From Spirochaetales bacterium (GTDB taxonomy: Bacteria; Spirochaetota; Spirochaetia; JAIPGG01): 64,000 nt of DNA. The stretch spans positions 11,506 through 75,505 of the forward strand of contig JAIPGG010000001.1 in NCBI GenBank assembly GCA_021736255.1, read 5' to 3'. Positions 56,913-64,000 of the stretch are shown here, piece by piece. The notes under the pieces are model-generated. The model had not been told where the DNA came from. It did no database searches and worked only from the letters and a program-made list of their open reading frames with translations. Numbering within the stretch: position 1 is the stretch's first letter; every line of letters begins with the position of its first letter. The position numbers and the translations under genes were made by a program.

Positions 56913-57866
56913 TCAATCGTCGTCCCGGCGGGTGTCGAATACGGCCCAGAGAGGGCGGTGATCGCTTACGGCAAGGCTCGCTTTTCGATCATCATTGTCG
57001 TATTCGATTTCGTCGAAGAAGTAGACCCCCCAGCGGCCGGTGAATTCAGCGTTCCCGGTGTGCTCGGGGGAAAACCGGATATTGTCGTAGAGGCGGTCTC
57101 TGATACTGGTAGGAAGGATCGGGTTTACCGGATCGGTGATACGGTCCAGGCCGGTAAAGGCCTCGTCATCCGGAGGCAGGTTGAAGTCCCCGGCAAGCAA
57201 GAGGTCCTTTTCTCCCTCGAGCTCTACCAGCATCCCCTTATAGAGTAAATCCAGGAGCCTTACTTCCCCGCGCCGCTGACGGATGGAATCTCCGTAGATA
57301 ATGTGGATCGTCATCACGAAAAAATCGAAGTTTCCTGCCCGAAACCCGGCCACGTAAGGCTCGCGGATAAAGTAATCCTTCTCGTCTGAAATCATGTAGG
57401 TTTTTCTGAACAGCTCGATTCTGTCATCTCGATAGAGAAAGGCGTACCGCTCGGTGATCCCCCGGCCAACCGGTGGAGACACAATATATTCATACCCAAG
57501 ATCATAATCCCTTTTGAGCATGGCAACCGTACGCTTTAGAATCTGTTCGTCTCGAACTTCTTGAAGGGCAATCAGATCGAAATGTTTCAGTATATCGCAA
57601 ATTGCCGAGAGCTCATGCTCGTTTCTCGATCCGTCGGAGAAGATTCGAATATTAAAGGTGGCTATGGATATCTCGTGATCTACTGTGACGGGCAGTTCCC
57701 GAGACTGAGCGCCGATATTCGGGGGAACAGCGGCAAAAAGAATAGAGAGAACTATCGGAAATATGATCCGGACAAGACCGGATGGGTTATTTTTTCCCTG
57801 TCTCAAAGAGTTTCTCGAGTATCTGAGTGTAGTCTTGCTTTGTGTAAACGGGTATGTTGTTTTCAT
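56913..57866 (-). CDS. Secreted endonuclease/exonuclease/phosphatase (EEP) family protein
   Basis: Signal-anchor 'LVRIIFPIVLSILFAAVPPNIGAQS'. EEP motifs 'IATFNIRIF', 'DLIALQEV', 'LLAGDFN', 'SDHRPLWAVF'. The start is uncertain: the listed 57926 and the Met at 57866 both overlap the upstream ADH 3' end. Confidence 0.65.
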   Translation of the reverse strand: MKTTYPFTQSKTTLRYSRNSLRQGKNNPSGLVRIIFPIVLSILFAAVPPNIGAQSRELPVTVDHEISIATFNIRIFSDGSRNEHELSAICDILKHFDLIALQEVRDEQILKRTVAMLKRDYDLGYEYIVSPPVGRGITERYAFLYRDDRIELFRKTYMISDEKDYFIREPYVAGFRAGNFDFFVMTIHIIYGDSIRQRRGEVRLLDLLYKGMLVELEGEKDLLLAGDFNLPPDDEAFTGLDRITDPVNPILPTSIRDRLYDNIRFSPEHTGNAEFTGRWGVYFFDEIEYDNDDRKASLAVSDHRPLWAVFDTRRDDD

Positions 57867-59046
57867 TCGATCCGTTCGATGCAGCACGTTCTGCGATGAG
57901 GGGGATGTCTTCCGGTGGAACGGCAAAACTCGAAAAATCCGGCAGACCGACTTCTGCGGACAACCAGCGAACGCGATTTATGGCGGAAAGAGCACTGTTT
58001 TTGGGTTCCTCCGATTCATCTGTGCTCATAGCAGCGGATAAGGCTGCATAGCGGTCTGCTATCGATAGATCAGCCGATTCTCCCCTGGCAAGATTGAACT
58101 CCATGACCTCCGGAAGGCAGACGGAGTTTGCCGCGCCGTGGGGTATATCGTACAAGCCGCCGAGGGCCTCGGCTATGCAATGAACAGCTCCAACATCCGC
58201 ATGGCTGAAGGCAAGCCCTGCCAGTAGACTGCCGCTCATAACGGCGGATCTGGCTCGGCTGTCTTTTCCGTCTTTTACAGCTGTGGGAAGCCGGCGGCTT
58301 AAGAGTCCGGCTGCATGAAGTGCGCAGGCATCCGAAATGGGTTCGGATGCCTGTGAGGTATAGGCTTCGATTGCGTGGGTAAGGGCATCCATGCCTGTTG
58401 CGGCGGTGAGTGCCGGCGGAAGGGTGTGGGTGAGCTGTGGATCGATGATCGCCAGGGCCGGAGCGATGGCCGGGGTTTTTATCGTAAATTTTGTGTTACG
58501 GGTTGTGTCGGTAATAACTGAGCTGAAGGTTACTTCGCTTCCTGTTCCTGCGGTTGTGGGTACGGCAATCAAGGGGGGTATAATCGAAGCTGATTTGTTC
58601 TCACGTGCTTTCGAAAGCAGAGAATCGACTTGATCCCTGTCTTGAAATAGCGCAGGTTCTCCGCCCAATCCCGCTGTGAGTACTGCTGCTTTCGCAGCGT
58701 CAATAGCGCTTCCTCCTCCAACGGCTACGACCATACCAGCTTGGAAGTCATGAAACAAAGCCGCTATAGCCATGACCTCACTGTCCTTCGGGTTTGCCGT
58801 TACCTTGGAATAGATTTCAATTCCGTACCCGGCTGTTTCAAGCATATCAACAATTGCAGAGAACCATAGCTGTTTTTCGATTCCATTGTCCGTTACCACG
58901 AGTATTCTGCAGGCGGAGTTATTGGAGGAAGGAAGGGCCTCCTTGAGTTTTTCCGGGAGAAGATTGACGGCTCCTTCACCGAATTCAATTTTTGTAGGAA
59001 GAAGAAAAGAAAATGAGGTTGTTTTAAACATATACATTATTGATAT
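57787..59046 (-). CDS. Iron-containing (group III) alcohol dehydrogenase
   Basis: 'VAVGGGSAIDAAKA' NAD-binding GGGS motif, and 'GMDALTHAIEAYTS' and 'HCIAEALGGLYDIPHGAANS' metal-binding His motifs. The listed ORF is from 59313, but I prefer the Met at 59046 ('MYMFKTTSF'). Confidence 0.8.
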   Translation of the reverse strand: MSIMYMFKTTSFSFLLPTKIEFGEGAVNLLPEKLKEALPSSNNSACRILVVTDNGIEKQLWFSAIVDMLETAGYGIEIYSKVTANPKDSEVMAIAALFHDFQAGMVVAVGGGSAIDAAKAAVLTAGLGGEPALFQDRDQVDSLLSKARENKSASIIPPLIAVPTTAGTGSEVTFSSVITDTTRNTKFTIKTPAIAPALAIIDPQLTHTLPPALTAATGMDALTHAIEAYTSQASEPISDACALHAAGLLSRRLPTAVKDGKDSRARSAVMSGSLLAGLAFSHADVGAVHCIAEALGGLYDIPHGAANSVCLPEVMEFNLARGESADLSIADRYAALSAAMSTDESEEPKNSALSAINRVRWLSAEVGLPDFSSFAVPPEDIPLIAERAASNGSNENNIPVYTKQDYTQILEKLFETGKK

Positions 59047-59173
59047 TCTTTCTTCCGGAAATTTGCAAATTCGCTCGTGATTATTTGCACTATCTTTTCG
59101 GAAATACCTGCGGTTCCTCTTTTTTCGACACGAAAATGACGATATTCTATATAGTATCCGAAGGAGGAAACTG

Positions 59174-59965
59174 ATGAACCTACGTCCATTTCGAGATATA
59201 AGGGTGGGGATACGGCCGCCGAAACGTGTATGGATTCTCCTGTCTGTTGCCGCTTTCCTGTTTTTTTTCACATTGCTTCCTTTGAGTTCGACCTCGATCC
59301 GGTCGATCACCACTGTGGAGTCGGAACTTTATTCTTTTGATGACCACACCTGGGACATAGAAGAGGTCGGTATATTCAGTGTTACAGAACAGTTGAGTAT
59401 AGTCGGGAAGGTGCAGTGGTACCAAGAAACCTGGAAACAGGGGGTCAAAGGGATGGCAGGCGTCGTGTTTCCGGTTATCCCCTCCTCATACATGGAAACA
59501 TCCTATGGGCTTGCTTTTGAGGATACTGGTGATATTGTTCATCACGCCCTAGCTGATTTTTACTATGAACATCCGGCTTTTCTGGGGCTGCTCAGTGTCC
59601 GCGCCCAATTTTCCGATAACGGTCAAGTCTATATGCCTTCGGTCGGCATTAAGTGGTATACCACCGACCGCCTTTCTTTGTGGGGAAAATATACAACATC
59701 CATCGACACAGTTATTGGCTTCGACCACTCCTTCTGGGGGGAAGCGGAATATAAAATTCTGGACCCTCTTCTTCTAAAGGCAGGAGGAACAATCGGTTCA
59801 TATCATGCGGATGAATCGAGTCCTCAGGAACTGGAATATTCCTTTCTCGGCGGACTGGGATTTCTCCCAATGGAAATGATCAAATTGTCCTACCAGTTTG
59901 AATATACAATCCGGCAGCAGTATGGAATAATCAGTAATGCTCTTATTCTTGATGCGAGGTTGTAA
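59174..59965 (+). CDS. Hypothetical secreted/outer-membrane protein
   Basis: N-terminal hydrophobic segment 'VWILLSVAAFLFFFTLLPLSS', then alternating aromatic/hydrophobic beta-like strands. No family recognised. Confidence 0.35.
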   Translation: MNLRPFRDIRVGIRPPKRVWILLSVAAFLFFFTLLPLSSTSIRSITTVESELYSFDDHTWDIEEVGIFSVTEQLSIVGKVQWYQETWKQGVKGMAGVVFPVIPSSYMETSYGLAFEDTGDIVHHALADFYYEHPAFLGLLSVRAQFSDNGQVYMPSVGIKWYTTDRLSLWGKYTTSIDTVIGFDHSFWGEAEYKILDPLLLKAGGTIGSYHADESSPQELEYSFLGGLGFLPMEMIKLSYQFEYTIRQQYGIISNALILDARL

Positions 59966-60004
59966 TCTCCGAAGATTCAAATCAGAAGGACCGGGAGGCA
60001 TTGA

Positions 60005-62083
60005 GTGAATACCGCTGAAGCGGTTGAACTTTCGGAGGGAATATTTTGGGTAGGTCAGGATCAGGACCTGAACGGGCTCCATTGCAACGCCTATCTTTTA
60101 ACCGAAGGCGAGCAGGGAGTGTTGATCGATCCGGGCTCGAACCTCGACTATAAGGAAGTTCACCGCAAGACTACCGGGATTCTCCCGATCGAAAAGCTGG
60201 AATACATTATACTCCTCCACCAGGATCCGGATGTTGCATCGAGTGTCCCGCGGTTTCAGGAGGCCGGCTTTACCGGGCAGATCGCAACCCACTGGCGGAC
60301 TTCGCTCATAGCAGCGTATTATGGAATTAATCCTCCCTGGTATCTGGTAAACAAAAAAGGATATAAAATAGTATTCGGCGGCAGGGAGGAACTCGACCGC
60401 GGCGCAAACAACACCTATGGGGAAGGAGAATTGTCCGCAGGCCGCGAACTCGAAGTCATTCCCGCCCCTTACCTGCATTTTCCCGGCGCTGTCATGATTT
60501 ACGATTCCCGTTCGAGAATTCTTTTTTCCGGGGATGTTTTCGGTGCAATTTCAAAAGACTGGTCGCTTTTTGCCGATTCGAATTACACCGAAGGTATGCT
60601 CCGCTTCCACCGGGAATATGTGCCTTCGAACGATATAATAAGACCGGTGATGGAGAACTTGCTCGAGAGAAAGATCGATATGATCTGCCCTCAGCATGGA
60701 TCAATCATTTCAGATAATATTCCTGAATATATTCGTGCGCTCAGAGATCTTGAATGCGGAATATATTTGGAACCTGTAAGAAAAGCTCTTTTGGAGGATG
60801 TCGGATATACCCATCTGGTAAATAAGGTTCTCGGCGCTCTCGTCGAAAGCTATGGAGTCGCTTCTGTTCTCGAAACCTTTGCAGATACAGATGTCATGTT
60901 GGATCAGGCGACAGGTATGCTGCAGGATTATGCAGGAGATCTGGAAAATCTCTGGAATGAACTCTTTGAACAGATATACATCTTTCGAGGTATTGACTGG
61001 ATAATGCTGCTCGAGCCGTTGGTTCGTAAAATTGAACACAACTACGGCATACATAAACCTGTTATTTACCAGAATGAACTGTTTCGAACACAACAGCAGA
61101 TGAATGTTTTGCTGAAAGAAAAGCAGCGGCTCGAGGCGATCAATCAAAGCCTGAGGAACAACCTCAATTTTACCCAGGAGGCCATGACCAAGGATTCGGT
61201 CACCGGTCTGTTCAATGAGGATTTTTGTGTCCGCTTTCTGCTGAATATTTTCAATCAAGAACAATGGGATGACTTCTCGGTTCTTTTTTTCCTCATCGAT
61301 GATATGAAACAGATTAACTCTACCTATGGTGAACGCGCCGGCAATGATATCCTGGAAAGTACTGGAGCAGTTTTATTTTACCAGAAGCATGACGATGATA
61401 CCTTGTTTAGGATAAGCGGCCCCGCTTTTGCCCTGGTGACAAGTGTCCGGGATCAGGAAGATCTCCTCGGCTATGCGGAAAAATTCAGGGTAAGTATAGA
61501 GAATGACAGAGGGTTCCTCACAAAGGTTACCGTTTCGGTGGGCATTGTCCGGGTGCAGAATAGTAAATTAGCTGAACAGTCCGCTCCTGAAAGCATGGAG
61601 CAGATTTTTTCCCGGGGGAGGATGTCTCTTCGAAGCGTCCAGCGGGAAGGCGGTAACCGTGTGCTTTTCGATTCCGATATACAGGGCAGGGACGAAGACA
61701 ATGGGCGGGCAGTCATTCTGGAATTCGATCAGTTCCATGCCAGACTGATTCGTGAATCACTCGAAGCACTGTCCATCGAAACTCGAGTGTGCATGAATGG
61801 GCCGGAAGCTGTACAAACAGCACTTGAATTTCATCCGGATGTTATCGTTTCAGAACTTTTTCTATTGGAAAATGATGCCTTTAGTGTTCGTGAAGATCTT
61901 ATGGAATATACGAAGACGAAGGACATCCCCTTTATACTCATTTCTCATCAGAAAAACGAAGCCATGGTTATCCGAGCCCAGAGTCTGGGTATACTTCATT
62001 ATATAAAAAAGCCCTATATGCTCCCCGAACTCTTGGGTTTGATTACCAGTTATGTCCAGCAGGCGTTTCGGCATGAGCCTTGA
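60005..62083 (+). CDS. Multidomain signalling protein: N-terminal flavodiiron/ODP-like MBL-fold diiron domain, degenerate GGDEF domain and degenerate receiver (REC-like) domain
   Basis: GTG start with a GGGAGG RBS. N-terminal '[33 protein letters not shown]', '[13 protein letters not shown]', '[11 protein letters not shown]...[10 protein letters not shown]', 'ICPQHGSII' align with the flavodiiron-protein diiron site (HxExDH / H / D / H), with E->D and the fourth ligand H->V. The middle section is GGDEF-like with 'RISGPAF' in place of 'R-GG(D/E)EF'. The C-terminal REC-like fold has '[11 protein letters not shown]', i.e. Glu at the phospho-acceptor position. Confidence 0.65.
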   Translation: MNTAEAVELSEGIFWVGQDQDLNGLHCNAYLLTEGEQGVLIDPGSNLDYKEVHRKTTGILPIEKLEYIILLHQDPDVASSVPRFQEAGFTGQIATHWRTSLIAAYYGINPPWYLVNKKGYKIVFGGREELDRGANNTYGEGELSAGRELEVIPAPYLHFPGAVMIYDSRSRILFSGDVFGAISKDWSLFADSNYTEGMLRFHREYVPSNDIIRPVMENLLERKIDMICPQHGSIISDNIPEYIRALRDLECGIYLEPVRKALLEDVGYTHLVNKVLGALVESYGVASVLETFADTDVMLDQATGMLQDYAGDLENLWNELFEQIYIFRGIDWIMLLEPLVRKIEHNYGIHKPVIYQNELFRTQQQMNVLLKEKQRLEAINQSLRNNLNFTQEAMTKDSVTGLFNEDFCVRFLLNIFNQEQWDDFSVLFFLIDDMKQINSTYGERAGNDILESTGAVLFYQKHDDDTLFRISGPAFALVTSVRDQEDLLGYAEKFRVSIENDRGFLTKVTVSVGIVRVQNSKLAEQSAPESMEQIFSRGRMSLRSVQREGGNRVLFDSDIQGRDEDNGRAVILEFDQFHARLIRESLEALSIETRVCMNGPEAVQTALEFHPDVIVSELFLLENDAFSVREDLMEYTKTKDIPFILISHQKNEAMVIRAQSLGILHYIKKPYMLPELLGLITSYVQQAFRHEP

Positions 62084-64000
62084 TATCTCCTTTATTACTA
62101 ATCTATTGATTGTTTTGCTCGCGATTACGGGGGCAATGATTGGACTTCTCTTCTTTAGCAAGCATCAGTATCGCAGGCGTAACAGGAAGAAAACCAGAAT
62201 GTCCAAACTCATCATAGATGGGGTTCTCAAAGGCGGGGGAGAGACGGGTCTTTTGGACCAGCTCAAGAGAGACCGGAAACTCATGTTCAAACTGCTGAAG
62301 GAAATCGGTGATTCTGTAGAGCTTCCTGCATCGGTCAAAGCAAAGTTGGTAGAGGGACTCAGGGAGCGGAAACTTGAAAAAAGCATGATCGGTCAGCTCG
62401 ATGCAATGATGCCCTTAAAGAGGATACGGGCAGCTATGGGGCTCGGCGTTATCGGAGGAACTGCAGCTGAGGAAGCTATGTACAATCGTTTGACGAAAGA
62501 ACCGAAATGGTTTATTCGGTTGGCGCTGGTGCATTCTTTGGTCAGGCTCGAGTATACACCGGTTATTCCCGTTATCTTTTCTTTTCTTCCGGAAGCCCCT
62601 CACTGGTTCCGGGAGAAAGTCATAGCGGTACTGCCGGTTTTTGGCGAAGAGCTGGAACGTCACCTCAAGTTTATGATCGAGACCGGAGAGGGAAAAAACC
62701 GGGGCTTGCTTTTCGAACTTGCCGATCGATTTCCCTCTGCCGTTTTAAATCAATATCTTCAGGATTCGCTGAACAGTAAATATCCTGTGTTACGCCGACG
62801 TGCTGCGGCAGTTCTCGAAAAAAGTGATCCCAGTGTAATGTACGGTTCCGGATATCTGCACGACAAGGACCTGTTTGTTCGGGTGCATGCGGTAAGAAGC
62901 CTGGCTTCAAAACCCGGCGAAGCCGAGATCGATTTTCTCCTAGGAATCCTGGATTCGGATCAGGCGGAAGAGCGCCGGGCCGCACGGTATTCGCTGGGCT
63001 CGATAATTACCGCCGAGCCGAAGCATCTGGAAAAACTACTCGACAGATTTATGGATACAGGCAAAAGGCTTCTTAAGCAGGAACTTGCCCGGGTATTGGA
63101 AAGCAGGCTGGAATACATCCTCTACCGAGTCAAGACGGACCGTTACTGGACGGTCGTCGAAGTGATAAAGGTGTTGATTCAAATGCGCCGTGTGGCTGTT
63201 TTGTTCGGATTTTTTGAACGGAACCAGGATCTGAGTATAGAAAAGGAATTGATAGAGATAATTCAAGGACTGCTCGAAAAAGACCACCAAGCACAGGAAA
63301 TGTTTTCTCGATACATGCCGGAACACAACTTGAAGCAGCTCGGTCTCGAAAGAAGTCTTCCTGAAAACACTCGCGAAAAGGCTCCGATGAAAAAGCAGAA
63401 CAGGCGACTGCTCGTAGGACTGTTCGTTTTGATCCTCATATCCATGCCCCTCATCTACTTCCTGTCGATGGCTGCTGGTGGAGGTTTGTGGGATTCTTTG
63501 TTTTCCGGAAAAGAGGGAACATTTTCCCTGCTTAAGGACCTTATTCTCGGCTTCCGGGTAGAAGGATTTGTTTCCGGATTCAACTATATCTTTGCTTATT
63601 ATTCTATAGCTTTGAATTCAATCTATTTTCTTCTTTTACTGCTCGCCCTAATTCACCTTTTCAAACAGTTTCGGTACTGGGAAATAAGCAGTCTGAGGTT
63701 CTTGTTTTCCGAAGAATTATTGCCGTCGATCTCTATTCTCGCTCCTGCTTATAACGAAGAACTGAATGTTGTAGATAATGTAAAGTCTCTGCTGAACCTT
63801 CATTACCCGGATGTGGAGGTCATTGTTATCAACGATGGATCCGGAGACGGAACTCTGTCTTCTCTGATCGAAACCTTTGAGCTGGAACGGGTAGACATAG
63901 AACGTCGAAATAGTATTCCAACGGAACCGGTTCGAGGGATTTATCGGAGCAGGTCTTATTCCAATCTTACTGTTATTGACAAAGCCAACGGCGGCAAAGC
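62072..64000 (+). CDS. 3'-partial membrane glycosyltransferase: N-terminal TM anchor, HEAT/PBS-lyase-like repeat region, TM segments and a family-2 glycosyltransferase domain (PgaC/IcaA/HmsR-like processive synthase)
   Basis: An open frame from the ATG at 62072 (overlapping the upstream stop by 12 nt) runs to the window end with no stop; alternative start ATG 62198 with a GGAAG RBS. HEAT-like '[13 protein letters not shown]', '[12 protein letters not shown]'. GT2 start '[41 protein letters not shown]'. Confidence 0.65.

Noticed and set aside
59047-59313. Long N-terminal extension of the Fe-ADH ORF (listed start 59313)
   Set aside because: The extension is Arg/Lys-rich, atypical for ADH, and overlaps the divergent 59174 gene. 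The conserved ADH sequence begins at the Met at 59046.
1-64000. CRISPR arrays, integrases/transposases, toxin-antitoxin pairs, restriction-modification or other canonical defence genes
   Set aside because: I found no spaced direct repeats of CRISPR type, no recombinase/transposase-like ORFs, and no helicase/nuclease/methyltransferase trio. The one SAM methyltransferase (25990..26814) is a small-molecule O-methyltransferase type.

Overview
This 64 kb window is a dense, mostly chromosomal-looking stretch of about 55 protein genes and two tRNAs: tRNA-Ser(CGA) on the minus strand at 28185..28272 and tRNA-Ala(CGC) on the minus strand at 49941..50014. I found no CRISPR array, integrase, transposase or rRNA. 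GC is moderate (about 50-55% by eye). Several secreted lipoprotein-type proteins carry a 'GGQQEG(E/A)' linker after the signal peptide, a style I associate with Spirochaeta/Treponema-like (and Thermotoga-like) genomes; this is inference only.

The content falls into four parts.

1. 1-26 kb, housekeeping and accessory enzymes:
- a YhdH-type quinone oxidoreductase, a UPF0182 membrane protein, an amidohydrolase, a flavodoxin-like protein and a FemAB-like transferase;
- a lipoprotein alpha/beta hydrolase, a membrane LuxR regulator, a Gfo/Idh/MocA oxidoreductase and a Cache-PAS-HisKA_2 kinase that is operon-coupled to a B12-radical SAM enzyme;
- gpsA, a PepF M3 peptidase, an S1 serine protease, an M20 peptidase and 5-formyltetrahydrofolate cyclo-ligase (MTHFS).

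2. About 26.9-45.9 kb, a large carbohydrate-type catabolic island:
- a fused tandem class II aldolase, two FGGY kinases, an M29 aminopeptidase, BtpA/SgcQ and a DeoR regulator;
- a 4-gene sugar ABC transporter;
- TPP-dependent E1 alpha/beta subunits, a stand-alone lipoyl-domain protein, a C_GCAxxG_C_C redox protein, DhaK/DhaL and an aldo/keto reductase.

3. 46-51.6 kb: the opuA (glycine betaine) ABC operon with a divergent MarR regulator, then a MATE efflux gene.

4. 51.6-64 kb, a signalling/envelope neighbourhood. These are the most novel-looking candidates:
- an orphan GAF-PAS-PAS-HisKA_2 kinase;
- an MBL-fold hydrolase fused to two cNMP-binding domains;
- a secreted EEP nuclease/phosphatase and an Fe-alcohol dehydrogenase;
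- a protein whose N-terminus is a flavodiiron/ODP-like diiron MBL domain fused to a degenerate GGDEF and a pseudo-receiver domain; its stop region overlaps the start of a HEAT-repeat/TM/PgaC-like GT2 glycosyltransferase that runs off the window end.

Secondary observations: a soluble chemoreceptor with a C-terminal SBP_bac_3 domain, and a 12-nt in-frame tandem repeat inside the radical SAM gene.

All functional calls rest on motif-level reading of the translated ORFs. No database search was possible.
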